From: Isurus oxyrinchus
Lineage: Eukaryota
DNA length: 64,000 nt
Assembly: GCA_026770705.1 (NCBI GenBank)
Contig: JANJGN010000027.1
Span: 19,096,001 to 19,160,000 of the forward strand
Direction of reading: 5' to 3'
Positions 1 through 13,734 of the stretch are shown in pieces. Every line of letters begins with the position of its first letter. Position 1 is the first letter of the stretch. Under the pieces are notes generated by a model. The model searched no databases. It was not told the DNA's origin and saw nothing but the letters and a program-made list of their open reading frames with translations. Made by a program: the position numbers and the translations under genes.

Positions 1-547
1 GTGTCGGGCGAGTGTCCCGACGTCATCCTGTACTCGCGTGACATTTCAGTTGGCGGGCGCATACGAGCATCGGAAGCGCGCCCGCTGACAATTAAGACAA
101 TTAAAGTTGTTAAAGTTCTAATTGACCTGATTTTTCATGGTCCGTTCAACCTTACAGTTGGCGGATGGGTGAATCTGCCAGGCGGACTTTGCATTTTTGA
201 TAAAAACTCATCCAAGGGTGGGACGAGGTTTCCGTTATTAAATTTAAAAAAAACGTATGGACAGAATTTTCATCATGTATGTGTTCAGGTGACTGATTGT
301 GATGCGTGGACATTTTTTTGCTAGATTTAAAAATCATTATTTAATTGTTTTTATGTCTTCAGCTCCCTGAGGCAGCTCTCTGCCTCAGGGGACTTTCGTT
401 CCACGCTCGCGCTTACATCAGCGCCTGCCCTCCTCTTGCCCCCACCCCAGGAGCGCTGAGCATTTCGACGTGTACTTCATTCTGGCTGGCCGTTAATTGG
501 CCAGCCAGCTGCTCCTGGGCCCGCACTGTGACCTAAAAATCCTGCCT
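1..547. mobile_element. Right part of a non-autonomous Harbinger-type DNA element (MITE-like)
   Basis: Ends in aaaatcctgcc. Colinear similarity to 41957..42626 (ctccctgaggcagctct, ccaaccttacagttgg, palindrome gctggccgttaattggccagc). Confidence 0.7.
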
Positions 548-577
548 ATAGTTCCCCAACTGTGTCCATACTATTAC

Positions 578-718
578 AAAAGCAAAATACTGCAGAGGCA
601 GGAAATCTGAAATAAAAACGGAAGATGCTGGAGGCATTCAGCAGGTCAGGCAGGATCTGGAGAGGCAAAAAAAAAGTCAACGTTTCATGTCTGTGACCTC
701 CATCAGAACCCTGTTCTG
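578..718. mobile_element. Penelope-like element terminal fragment
   Basis: aaaagcaaaatactgcag...gaaatctgaaataaaaac...cagcaggtcaggcag, shared with copies at 2116, 8113, 35305 and 40525. Confidence 0.65.
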
Positions 719-911
719 GCCTCGTAAATTTCGGTCTTTTACTCTTTTGTCCTTGCTTATGAAACCCAAAACGTTACTGGCCTTTTGCTTTGTGACTTCA
801 TAATTTGTGTTCACATTTTCAGAAATTCTGCAATGAAACTCTTATCATTCTTGTGGGTCTTAGACAAGTTTGTCCATGGTTAGGATTTATAGATATTGCT
901 GGAGGCAAGGC

Positions 912-1066
912 TGTTGGTAAACTTTACCTTTTATTGAACATTATACTAACCATGTACAGTACGAGGCTTAGCATGAGGCTCTACGTAGAACTATCTCTCA
1001 GCACACACTGTTGCCATGTGATCTTACATCACTAGTGACATAGGCTATCAATTTACGTATTTAACA
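912..1066 (-). repeat. Putative 3' LTR of the Gypsy element
   Basis: Bounded by TGTT...AACA; minus-strand AATAAA inside; adjacent minus-strand purine tract gagagaaaggg (PPT-like) at about 1070-1081. Confidence 0.55.
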
Positions 1067-2115
1067 TTAGCCCTTTCTCTCATTCCAGCACAAGTCTCTG
1101 ACTCCATTAAAAACATTATTTACATGATCCCATATCTCCCCTTCAAGTCTCTGTTATCATCTCTGGTTCATAGAGATAAGTGCTGTGGTCATTTCATCAA
1201 TCTCCCCAACCTTGTTCTCAACTCTCTCAGAGGTTGCATAGGATTCAAGTTCTCCATATTCTCTCTTGAATCCTGTAGAATAGTATGTGAATCATCAGCG
1301 ACTATTTGTTCTGTTTAGGTTGTCTTTCTGGGTCATATGGGTAGTTTTTCCATTCCATTGTTAGGCGTCATCTTGTAGTTATAAGTGCACTTCTAATTCC
1401 CCTTACTATTCCATTTTCAGTCTCAACAATATCGTGGATTTTGTGTTTTTTCCAGTACTTGGCCTTCTTAATTCTGGTCATGAATCCAGACCGATTCACC
1501 TGGTTGGAGTTCTGGTAAATCATACACTCTATACCACTGAAAATAGTTTCTGGTTTGTCTTGCATGATACCATCTACTTTCTCCCTTACTCTCTCTATAT
1601 CTATTACTTTGACAGAAGGTATAAGTGCATGTGGAACAAAAGGAAGTTGAATATGTAGTTGCCTTCCCATCAAAAGTTCTGATGGAGCCAAACCATGGAG
1701 AAGAGGATACCATCAGTGGTTCCCTTCACTCCTGGCAATGGATTGTGGCGATGCATCTCAAAACCATTTCTCGTAATGATTTTGAGATCCCTGGAATTTC
1801 AGTCTCTAGCATGACACTTTGTAATGCCCAGGTGTCCCTGGTGTCGTATGGTTGATAGCTGGGTGGAGGCTTGCTTTAGCTACAGTTCTGTGTTTAAAAG
1901 AATTGAAACTCTTGCTCCTGTGTCAAATTTGATGTTTGCTTTATGTCCGTTAACCATAATGTCTGCGCTCCAATAGTTCCCATTTGATCCTGTCATTTCT
2001 CCCATTGTCTTCATTGTCTTTATCATCTTCAATTTCTTGAAAGATTTAGGTTGTTTCTCCATTAATTTTTGGTGTTCAGAGCTATTTTCTGTGGCATACA
2101 GAGTTAAATTTTCCT

Positions 2116-2342
2116 AAAAGCAAAATACTATGGATGCAGGAAATCTGAAACAAAAACAAAATTAGCTGGAAAAACTCAGCAGGTCTGACAGCATTTGTGG
2201 AGAGGAAGACAGAATTAGCGTTTCAAGTCCGTATGACTACGTTCTGATGAAGAGTCATACGGACTTGAAACGTTAACTCTGTCTTCCTCTCCTCAGATGC
2301 TGTCAGGCCTGCTGAGTTTTTCCAGCTATTTTTGTTTTTGTT
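2116..2342. mobile_element. Penelope-derived palindromic insertion carrying a minimal hammerhead motif
   Basis: Inverted arms of about 95 bp around 2235-2250; flanked by an imperfect duplication (ttaaattttcct / ttaaatttttct). Confidence 0.75.
2241..2280 (+). ncRNA. Minimal type I hammerhead ribozyme motif (Penelope type)
   Basis: GTT-CTGATGA-A-GAGTC(atacg)GACTT-GAAAC-GTT-AAC: intact catalytic boxes, stem II, loopless palindromic stem III (ACGT) and short stem I (GTT/AAC). Confidence 0.6.
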
Positions 2343-2709
2343 TTAAATTTTTCTCTCTTCTTACAGGAATGAGACTGCATTTTTGGGTGGACCATTCTTC
2401 GGACCGGTGCAACCTATTCCCGCTACAGTTAGAACACTGAATAATGGTGGCTACCGTGCCCTCTTCACTGTTTCCCCATTTTGGATTAGGTGCGTTTCTA
2501 CAAACTGCCCTGTATCAACTGTTTTTCTCCACAAGATCTCTTTGTCATCTCTAGTAAATAATGATTTTGCTTTCTCACTGCTGCCTGCCTTGCTAGCTGC
2601 ACAGCCTTCGATAAGATCAAATCTGTCCCCGGCTACTCTACCAACTGAGGATCCTACAGTACAACATCGATCAGACAATCATGCCATGAGTGATATGTCC
2701 TCTTTCACA

Positions 2710-3700
2710 GGCCAATGCCATGCACTAATTATCTCCCCTTGCTTTCGCAGGCACATCTGGGAAGCAGCCGATGGAGTCCATGACCCAGAACCTCCAAGCA
2801 AGCTCCGAAGAAATCTCTGAAGAGGAATCTGAAGGCACCCTCCCTGAAGTCCTGTCACAGCGCAAACCCACACCCTCCACCATCGTAGAGACACATACCT
2901 CATGGGACCTAGCTTTAAAGTAGCCTCAGGATCACAATCTGGTGATCACATCGCACTTTCTGATCCACAGCAGGTGGAGGCATGGACTTCCTAGGTGTCC
3001 GGCACTGGGAGAACTGCTGGAGGCCAGAACGTTGAGTCAGATGACGAGCCTCTGTACTTGGTCAAGTCACAGTTGCTGGAGCTGCAATGGCAAGCTCAGG
3101 AACAACAGGAAAGGATGTCCGCTGCGCTCCTCAGATTGCAAGGCATGATGGAGGAGTCCGTGCGTCTTCAGGCTGCGCTGGCATTGCAACACACCGAGGT
3201 GAACACTGGCAGATTGGCAACTGCCATGGAGACCTTGGTCTAGGATGTCACTCCTGCACGGGCTTAACTCCATCGCTGATGCCATAGTTGGCCTCCAACA
3301 GTGTGTATGCGAGAGGGGTGCTGGGCAGCTCGATTTCACTCCAGCTACCCCTTCCGCTCACTGAGTCAGCCAGGAGCCCTTAGGCACCCATAGGGAGGAG
3401 AATCAGTAGGTGAATGCTCTGGGGCCATCCAACCAGGTGACTCTGGGAGTGAGTGGCCCATCTCACTCCCCTCTTCCAGTGACCTCCGCAGATCCAGCTT
3501 CACAGGCTGAGGAGGGTGCCACTGCCACACAGCAGGACCCTGAAAGCAGGCCGGGGGCCTCCAAATCTCAACCCTCCAGAGGACGCCCGCCAAAGTCATC
3601 ACAGACAGGGCGTCGCAGTCATCAGGCTGCCTCCACCTCTGCTGTGTAAGTCCGGGGAGCACCAAGGCTTGGTAGCAGAATTAGGAAAGTTAAGGAGAAA
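2710..3700 (+). pseudogene. C-terminal part of the Harbinger second (Myb/SANT-type) gene, degenerate
   Basis: Coiled-coil-like QLLELQWQAQEQQERMSAALLRLQGMMEES and a low-complexity S/P/Q tail, convergent with the transposase. The Myb domain itself is not visible, so the assignment rests on Harbinger architecture. Confidence 0.55.
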
Positions 3701-4411
3701 TAGTTGCAGAGTCTGAGCAAAGGTGTTAATTACTTGTACATAATGTTCACTATTGTCAATAAATTCAAGAATGTCTCCCTGCCTGTGGCACCTTGTTCTG
3801 ATGAGCAGTGTTCTTGCCACTCAGATGTGAAACCTTTCTGCACAAGATAAAAGGCAGGTGTCCCAGTCCAGGGCCTCTTACCTGTGCAGACCACAGTGAT
3901 GGTCCAGCTTCATGCTCCCTAGAAACATTACTGATGCCTGCACCTCGGCAGTGCTGGTCATTGCTGCCAGAATGTAGTGGGCAGGCAGCACAGAGTTCTC
4001 TCATACTCTCAGTGTGCTCTCAGCACCTTTAAGGTGGGGCTGGCCTCCATCACACCAGCATCTGTGACCAGTGATGCTCTGCACCAACTCCTGAAGAGCT
4101 GAAATGCTGAAGGCGGACAGAGCATCAGATGCATCTAAAGTTTCATGGCTGTGTCTCTGAGATGGCCCTGATCACGGAGCACAAAAGAGTTGCCCTCGGC
4201 CAGACAGGAGTAAGGCATTCTCAGAGGCTATGTGAAGATCTATGAAGTGTCCTCACTGCATGTCATCATCATCCTCCTGCGATCAAGTGACTATTAGGGC
4301 CTCCACTGCATCTCCTTGCCTGCAGCATTTTCACAGAGGGTATTGGTGCTGCGATAAGCCAGACTTGAGTCAAACGTTCACAACTACGATGTGAGGATCT
4401 ACGGGGACACC

Positions 4412-5640
4412 TCACTGCATGTTGTCATCATCCTCCACAAACCTGGCAGCTACGAGGGCCTCCTGAGTGCGCCTGTCTCGTCTAGCCAGTGCGAGAGTCT
4501 CATCCACATCGTCGTCACCATCGAGGACCTCCTCACCCTCATCCCCGTCAGTTTCCTCCTCATTGGAGGAGACATGATGCTCTTCCATCTCCTCACCCCG
4601 TTGCAGCATCAGGTTGTAAAGGGTGCAGCAGATGATGATGATGTGTGACACCCTCCGTGGACTATATTGCAGGGCTCCACCAGACTGGCCCACGCACCAG
4701 AACCTCATCTTCAACATCCTGATGGTCTGTTCCACCAAGTTGCTAGTTCTGCATGAGCCTCATTGTAGCGTCGCTCTGCTGCAGTCTGAGGTGTCTGAGG
4801 AGCATGGGAGTCATCAGCCAAGGCCTCTGAAGGCAGCCCTTGAGCCCAACCCTGCAGCCTCTGTGGACCCTGGAAGACTGCAGGGATCTGTGAATGACCC
4901 AGGATGTAGGATTGTGCACACTCCCTGGAAACTGTGTGCATACCTGCAGGATGCGTTTCTGGTGGTCGGATACCAGCTGTACGTTCAGTGAGTGAAAGCC
5001 CTTGCGGTTGATGAAGTCCACTGAGTGTAGCGATGGAGACCTGAGCACCACATGAGTGCAGTCGATCACACCCTGCACCAGTGGGAATCCTGAGATCAGG
5101 GAGAATCCAATGGCCCTTGCATCCTGGCTGTCCCAGTCCCGGGCGAAATGCACAAAGTTGTGTGCCATGGAGAAGATGGCTTCCGTGACCTCATGGATGC
5201 ATTTGTGGGTGGTGGATTGTAATCCCACAGAGGTCACCTGTGGAGCTCTGAAAGGAGCGACTGGCATAGAAATTGAGCACAACAGTCACTTTCACAGCCA
5301 CTGGCGGTGGATGCCCTCCATGTCCCCTTGGCTCCAAGTCCTGCAGTGAGGGACAGATGTGAGCCACCAGGTCCCTAGACTTGCACAGTTGTCGGCGATG
5401 CTGGTTCTCAGTCATCTGGAGGAATGGCACGTGGCCTCTATAGACCAAGTGTCGCCAGGCGCTGACCAGCCACGGCTCATTGTCACTCCTGGGCAGCGTG
5501 TGCGGGAGCCCCTGCTGCCCCTTCTTCATGAGGCTGCTGCTCCTGCCTTTGCTCAGCCAGGAGCCTCAGTCATTCTCTCCTCCGTCTCCTACGGTCCCTG
5601 TAGGCCATCAGGCATACAGCTAGGTCACCGGGATCCATGA
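4412..5640 (-). pseudogene. HARBI1-like DDE transposase of the Harbinger element, frameshifted
   Basis: GFPLVQGVIDCTHV, FINRKGFHSLNVQLV, FPGSVH, VEQTIRMLKMRF..LQYSP..IIIICCTLYNL spread across ORFs 5191..5529, 4743..5282, 4711..4941 and 4412..4738. Confidence 0.9.
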
Positions 5641-6893
5641 TTCTGACATGGTCCTCCTGCAGCATGAACGAGAGAGAGAGACGTGGTTATCATGGTTGCA
5701 CTTAGCCCCTTTCCTGGCCCTGTGTGACCGACCCTTTATGCTTCCCGGAGAGTGCTGGTCACCCCTCGGATGGCCAGAGATGAGTGTGCTGCATGGCTGC
5801 CCTGTCAACCTGTGACATGGGGGATACTGGTCCAAACCAGGATGCTGAGATTGCCAGGGGCTGTGAGCCCTCCAGCAGTGACTGCTACATGGCCAGCGTT
5901 GGTGAGGAGATTGTACAATGTGTGCAGTCCAACTGCTCCGCGGTCCAGTAAAGTGATGACAGGGTCGAAGTCTGTGCTGGGGGTGGGGGTGTTAAGGTAT
6001 GGAGCGCTTGGTGGCCCTTTGGTGCCTCTGCGATGCTTGCATGGGTGGGCAGGCTAGCAGCCTAACCCCAATCATATCATTGTGGCTGTGCCTGATCTGT
6101 CTTAGTTGTAAAGGCCTGGTCAGTTTATACAGGTGTCCCTAATATGTGGCTGCTTCCTCGCTCACCCTGTCCCCCGCCTGCCGGTGGGATATAGCGCCAG
6201 GGCAACATTTGACCACCCCACCCCCCACCTCAGCAGTCACCTCTGAGACTGGGCAACACTTGTCCCTGGACACACCCCATCCCTCAGCAGTCGCCTGCGG
6301 GGGCCAGGCAGCACCTTCCCCCAACCCCCGGTGCCCCTGAGGCCTGTAAACGACAGGTGAGCTGTGGAGAACACTGCTGCTCACTCACCTCAGTTCCCCC
6401 AAAGTGAAGGCCGCCAAATGCACGTGGTGAAACACGTAGGAGTGTTTTCTCACCAACGTGGATGGACGATACGGCGGGGTTCCAAGAGCCTGGCGGGATG
6501 GCCTTTTGATTCTTTGCTAATGGATTACAATTACCTCCCTACCATTGTGAAGTGGGTCCAGCCATATTTTCCGTGCACACCACCACCTATCAACCCGCTG
6601 CCAGAGGGCTGGGAAAATTCCACCCTAAGGCTTCTACAACAACATGATCCCAAATTAATTCGTTTTTCAGGGCTCCATATTCACAATTCTCAGCTCGTCA
6701 ATATAAATCGTTAGTGAGGGAATCTACATTCTCTCCTGGTCTTTGGGTATGTCTACTGAACTCTGCTCTTTGTATAATGGTGTTTCTTCTAAGGCTAAAA
6801 CAAGTGTCAAAGGCTTTGAAAACCTCTTCGTGTGTTGCCGTTTCTTCATTTATGCCATCTGACCATACAGTCGTCGGCTGCACCACTGCCTTT

Positions 6894-7222
6894 GTAAGGT
6901 AGTGTGTATGTCCGTGTGTGTATGTACATGCGTGCATGTGTGTGTGTGTGTGTGGGCCCGAATGATTGCATGAGGGCCGAATGTTTGATGTCACATTTTT
7001 ATTATTTTTTCAGGTTTAGTGGTTAATAAATTTGCTCTTTCTTTGACTCAAGAAAACCTTGGTTAATTGGCTCCTTATTGCTCACAGCTTAAATAGTTAA
7101 ATACATTCTGATCTGGAAAAGGGCATATCCTCATAAAAAATTGAAACTTAAAGCTTTGTCGTGACCAACCGAAGAGATTGAGTAGAGGCAAGGCTGTTCA
7201 CCCCTTCTCACCCGGTCATGAC
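6894..7222 (+). mobile_element. 3' part of an unrelated solo LTR with a (GT)n tract
   Basis: AATAAA at about 7025; ends ...ttctcacccggtcatgaca; truncates the Gypsy gag frame. Confidence 0.45.
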
Positions 7223-7744
7223 ACTAATTATAAAAATCTCAGACATGGGGGGTTTGGGCATTGGGGTGGGGAAGGATGTTTGCCAGACTGTCAAGGATAA
7301 TTCAATCAGGTAAAGAATCCGTTCACATTCTGATTGGTGTGGGAGGGTGGTACACCACACAGATGGGTATATTAGCCAACCAATGGTTGAGTGTGGGGGC
7401 AGGAGGATGTTATAACAGCTCTGGGAATATGTCCAACCAGAGTTAGCAGTCTATTCTAAAGGAATGTCTGCTACTATGTACATATTTTTCCAGCTTCTGG
7501 ATTGAGAACAAATGGCTGCCTTTAGTTTAACATCTTTTCTAGCAACTGAGTTAGCTCTGATTAATAAGGACGGAGGGTGATAAAATTGGCTTCAGAATTC
7601 GGGAGTTAGGGAGCTAAAAATCAGCCAGGGTTTCCCCTCTCGATCACTATATAGACATTAAGCAAGGATTGAGTTCAACTATAATACTCCAGGCAGATGA
7701 CTTGTTGAATCCAGTCCCTGGACCACACTTTGAAAGGGATTATT

Positions 7745-8110
7745 TGTGAAGTCCATGATGTTCACCCTTCGTCCCATGCTCACTGACCTACACTGGTTTC
7801 TGGTTAAGCAATGCCTCAATTTTTAAAATTCACATCCTGGTTTTCAAATTCCTCCATGACCTCAAATCACCACACCCCCCCCCCACCACCTCCATCTTTA
7901 TAATCTCTGCCAGACCCACAACCATCCAAGATTTCTGCACTCCTCTAACTCTAGCCTCTTGAGCACTGTCTTTGGTCGTCACTGTCACTGTCTTTGGTCG
8001 TCTGTCTTAATATCTCCTTACGTGGCTCAGTGTTAAGTTTTATTTGAGCATACTCCTGTGAAATGCCTTCGGTGTTTCACCATGTTAAAGATACTAAATA
8101 AGTTGTTGTA
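7745..8110 (+). mobile_element. L2-like LINE/SINE 3' tail
   Basis: cccatgctcactgacctacactgg...ctcctgtgaaatgcctt...taaataagttgttgt; the same tail occurs at 46.3-46.9 kb and inverted at 55.4-55.8 kb. Confidence 0.6.
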
Positions 8111-11100
8111 GTTGCTCTCTCTCTCTCCACAGATGCTGCCAGACCTGCTAATTATTTCCAGTATCTTCTGTTTTTATTTCAGATTTCTAGCATCTGCAGT
8201 ATTTTGCTTTTTGTTTTCCCAACGTTGCCATTGTTTAAGATGTTTGGGATCTGCTGGTGCGTGGAAGGCTGAACGTAAGAAAACCAGGAGCTTAGGTATG
8301 TGTATGAACAAAAATAAATAAGTAATGCTTCAAAATGGGGCTGAATAATGCAGCCCTCACTAAGGAAATAAATAATAACCTTTACACTACTTAATATAGG
8401 CTCTCTGATAAAATTCCATATTTTAATTTTACAATATAACCTTTATGGGTCTGAGATGATGAACAGTGAAATTGCACTCCAAAGGGATTTCACTGTTTAA
8501 GGGAAGACTGGTAGTATTCTATTTTCAAGTCCAAATGGGTGCAAGTTACTATTTTTATTCACAGTATGTGTAATTGTAGTCTTGAATTGCAGAAAGCAAA
8601 ATAAAAGTGAAGTGCCTCATAAATCAGAACCTGTCACTTTTAACTTGATATAAAGGCTAATTAAAACCTAATTCACTTCATTGCTTGGGCAAGTTTAATG
8701 AAAAGTACTGGTAGCAGCACTGGAATGCATTAGCTTTAGCCTTGCATTGTTCATGACAAGATCATGGAGCAAGCAGAACAACAGAGGGCAACACTCATGT
8801 CTACCAAATGTGGACATATTCTATATACTTAACAAAGTTAAGAGAGAAGTTTGTTACTAAACCTGCAATACAGATTCATATGAAGTTCTGGCATGGCATT
8901 TTCTGAGTACCATTTCATTTTATAGGCAAAAGTGCAAAAGAAATCAGGTAAACCTTCATTAACAGTTTTAACCACCTGTGTTTTTTTTCTAGATTTCTTT
9001 CCTCCTTCCCTGATTGCTACTTGGAGGGTAATTCCAGGATGCTGGTCTGAAAACAGGAGTAAGGCCCTTGATCTACATAGTTAAATGGCCTAATGTCTGT
9101 TTTAGGTGATCTGAAAAATCACCCTACCAATTTTGGTCAGACTTCTTCCTAGTGTCTTTTGCGGACAAGATGTTGGTTCCTAAAATTGGGCCTTGTTGCA
9201 CCCATTTTGCACCTCAGGTGCAACAATGAATTGAATAAATGCTAGTTCTTCTTTCTTTCCTACTTAATAAACATTTGGGATTAACCTAGCAAGCAGGATA
9301 ATAAAGCCAAAGATATTAGATACTGGACTGAGAGAATTAAATCAAGAGCTTTGATGGGTTGAATGGCTTTTCCTCATACTTGACATTTTCTTATATTTTA
9401 ATTGTAAAGCCCATATTGCTGCCCAGCTGGGATCAGTGATCTCAGCTCAGACTGGCAATCAAATCTGGAACCTGGAGGGTTTGCAAGGCTCAGTACCACA
9501 CTACATGATACATTCACTTACAAAACCATCAAGAAACAAATTGGTTATAAAAGTAAAACCACCAACTGGAGAACTGAGTCATGTATTCCCAAGGACGTTC
9601 GTGTGGCCACAGTGACAACTTCTGAAGGGACGCTCACTCATTGAGACTAAGCTAGGAGGGGTACACACTTTGTGTGAGATAAGCAGGGGAGACAGAGCCA
9701 AACTAACATCCACAATCAAGTTATCTGCAGCACTGGCAGATTTTTAATTGGACCTCTGCATAAAAAGCAATTAAATACTCTTGCAAATGAAGATAAAAAG
9801 CACATTTTACCAGAACTCACTGCAGGTTTCAAAGCATTTTTTTCACAACTCATGTGATTGAACAGCAAAAGAATGGTTATCTAGAATGAGTACAGTGAGC
9901 AATAAATGTAAATGGCAGGAATTTGGAGGTAATGTCTTTCTGAACTATTCCCTTAAGGCCGTGCTGTAAAAAAAATCCTAAATGTAGATACCAGGCTAAT
10001 GTACTTCAACCTGCAATTAGAACATTACTGGAACCATTACCCACTTAAACAATAGCATCTGATGCAGTCCTTGTAGTCTCATTAGATTTTTAAGGGTTAT
10101 GTGGTTTACTAGCGTTGTGTTACTGCTACAAGTTTGCAATTAGTAAATATAAAGCAGCAGGGTGGTTAGCCATGTCATGCCAAAGGTGTGTAAAATATTA
10201 AAATTAGAATATCTAATTTTTATTTGCGAGTAAGCGGTTTAAATGCCATTCTCCTAGCTATTGCAGCCCTCATTTAATTAAGATTGCTGAGCCACTTAAG
10301 AAAACATCAAAGGGCCAAAAGTCATTCTAATAAGGCACAAAACACAATTACTGTAATAATGATAGACCTCTAAATCTATTCCAGAGACTTTTAAAATATA
10401 CTATATTCACATCAAATGTCTTACTGGCATGAGAGCTTTTCAATCTATTCTGAGGGAAATTAAGGACAGGCATGGAACAACCAGTCCAGCATTAAAGACT
10501 CAGAACATTTTAAAAGTCTCAAAGGAGGTATAAAGTGCTTTTATAAATATTTCAGAAGTACAATCATTTAAACGGTGTTATTATCTATTGCTCTGTTAGC
10601 TCTCTAATACCACTACTTGAAGTTGGTGAGTGTTATTTAGCAATTGTTGCAAATCGATTTCAGTAATTTTATAAACAGCCTTAAGCAATGGTTGATTTTC
10701 TACCTGTTGCCAAGCAACTGCTGTAATGCATAGTCATCTATATAAATCATTACATTCGGTTGGAACAAACATTGATCCACTCGTATATTTTAATTAAATC
10801 ATAATATTCTTTTCAGATTCAAAAAAGGTATGACACAATGTTATACAAGTCAGAATACACTTCAAACAATTCAATGTCTTAAGGCAAACACAGGGATTAA
10901 AATATTTATAACAGGGGCTAAGAAACAGTAAATAATTGCCTTCTGCACCTATATGCAGATGTTATCAAGCATATATTTGCTGATTTTAAAGATCCCACGT
11001 CATTTCTCATTTTCAAGAAGGTAGTCAGCCCCATACGCGAGGAAAACATATCAGCGGTTTCTAATATGTTTACGTCCCTAGATAGTAGTGTGTAAAATAT

Positions 11101-11777
11101 TTCCACAAGAGGTACATTACTGCACAAACAACTATACAATCTGACAATGAATAGAATCTAAATCTTTTCCAACAAAACGTTTTACGAGGTCAAACTGTTC
11201 CCTGCCTCACTCTATCATCAAATAACCCAGCAAGGTTGACGTGCAAGATGTTGAGGCCTTAAACAGAGCCAGCGCTAAAGGGTGATTAGTCATAGCTTGG
11301 AAAAGACGCACAGTGCATTTCAATATTTAATCAATAATGGCGTCTTCCCGAGCTAAACAGAGAAGGTAAGGAACATTCTCCAAAACTCTTTAGGAAACTG
11401 CAGAGCTGAAAATATCCCAATAATTCTGCATATGCCTTGACCCTCTGAGCATCAACACAATGTTTGAGGAAAGCAAAAAACAATTGTTGCAAGAGAAATT
11501 ACCATATATATTTTAAAAAGATATTTCTTTGTCACTTTTCTGCTCTTTTCTCTCAATCAGTCACAAAAACGGCCACCTATAAACCATAAATATGAACCCT
11601 TTTAAACACTTAAGTTTAATTATGCCCTGCCTACATTAAGGCTCAATCCATTTCAAAATTCTCCATCAATCCAAAAGCTATTCCTTTCGATTGCTGTTTA
11701 TCTCCGTCCTGTTTAAAACATCATAGCAGTCAGTTGCCCTTATTGTCAAACATACCAATCTGAGACTGTTTGAATTA

Positions 11778-12083
<306 letters not shown>

Positions 12084-13734
12084 TCAAGACTGCAGCTATG
12101 GGACAATACTTAACAAGTAGTCTTTTATTCTCCAACATTAAACCAATGTAACTATGTGCTGGGGAATTGGAGATGTGCACTTATCTGAAAGGGTAGATGG
12201 TGCTGATGGCAACTCTCCGATTCATTGTTTATACTCAGTGAAGCCATTAAAAGCAAATAAGAGACAGGCTCATTGCCAGCTTTCCACATCTGAGTCATTG
12301 ATGCCAAGTCAATAACTGTGAGCAATCTTTTCTAACTGGCAAACACTGGCATTTAGAATGCATGAACTAAAAACCAGGCTGCTCATCACTGCAACAAAAT
12401 GTCAAATAGCCACTTGCGGCATTCTGATGTCCAAGAAACTAAGGGTGAAGGAAGTAAAATAACCTAAACAATGGCAGTTATTTGCAAACACCTGCCCTTG
12501 CTATTGTACCTGCGCTACAGATATGCTATATTATCTGAATTGTACTTCTGTTGGGAGTTATAGATATTTCAAAAGTAAAATCCTCAATTCAAGGAAAACA
12601 TTTCTGTCATCATGGGAAATGTTTTAAATTGTATTTTGATGAGTTTGCACTCATACACATACTTTTGTGACTATTGTATATTTGATTACCTGGTGCATAC
12701 AGAAACACCAATATCTTCTTAGTGTGATTGTGTTGGAACAACTATGGGCTTAATGGCTGAAGTACTTTGTTATTGGACCCTGGCACCCATTGGGATAAGG
12801 AATACCGGGGACCTGCCTACATGCTGCCTTTTGGTTGTTGTCTTGGGTCCTTGTTGGTCTATGAATGAATCATATGCTGGCCCTACTTAGCATGTATAAT
12901 CATGAATGCTTACTTCTCTTCTGGTAATGGTCTGTTTTTTCCCTTCTCATTGAGTGTTTTGTCACCGAGAACATTGCACTGAATAGGCCTCAAAGAACTG
13001 ACCAGATTTTACTTGATGTTTCTCTAGTTTCAACTGATATCTGTTGTTCATTATCCCATAGGTGCTTCAGACACATATTTGCCATGGAGAGTCTGTCAAC
13101 TCTTTTTTGCATGGAGGATAGGACAAGAGGAATGCACCTTTTTGCAGCCAACAGCAAAAGCTGTGGCTAATCTATGTGCAATTAGGGGGCCCCCTTACTC
13201 TCTATGGGACCAGCAATTATTGGTCTGGGCCTTCTGAAATGTTGAGACCAATTGATATGATCTTCTGGACTACTGTTCAGAATGACAATGCAGGGGCCTG
13301 ACCAGGATTTTAATAGAAGGAGTTGCCCTACTGGCTATAAGTTCTTTAGCAATAATCAGCTCTACTGCACAGTGACTCCAGGATATATATAGGTGATGTA
13401 CTGCAGTAACTTATCAACCTTAGTTTAGCAGCACCGATCAGACCCGTGCCCTCTACCGGTAGACCAGAAATAGCATGGGATATTGTTGTTCCTTCATCAT
13501 TACTGGGTCAAAATCCTGGAAAGGCCTACTAAACATCATGTGTAGATTATTATAGGTTATAGGAGGTGAAGGCAACTGTGAACTGGGTAGATGTTTTATT
13601 AAACTGGCTGGATAAAAGCACAAATGATGAGATTGGAAAATAGGAAACTTGTTTTAGGCATGACAGAAAGCCGCCAAAACCTGTTACAAAAGCACAAGAA
13701 CTCAATGACAGTGGGGTCCTTGTAATAGTGCTCA

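Larger units (their letters stand above)
2628..6625. mobile_element. PIF/Harbinger DNA transposon, two-gene type, left end missing
   Basis: GC-rich block. Right TIR gaaaattccaccc is followed by TAA, the typical Harbinger target triplet. Contains a HARBI1-like transposase and a convergent second ORF. Confidence 0.88.
912..6893 (-). mobile_element. Degenerate, internally deleted Gypsy-type LTR retrotransposon interrupted by younger insertions
   Basis: Gag-like frames at 6630-6890 (TIIQRAEFSRHTQRPGENVDSL) and 2400-2625; aspartic protease motif VNGHKANIKFDTGARVSIL at 1880-2062; integrase C-terminus PSELLMGRQL at 1368-1700. No RT is recognisable. Stops and frameshifts throughout. Confidence 0.8.

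Noticed and set aside
4412-5640. HARBI1 as a domesticated host gene
   Set aside because: It has multiple frameshifts, lies inside a TIR-bounded element and is nested in a retrotransposon, so it is a dead transposase.
7540-7700. Ancient SINE-like fragments (ctgagttagct...; also near 9430, 19555, 39450 and 51570)
   Set aside because: A shared short motif suggests old SINEs, but they are too decayed to delimit or name without a repeat library.
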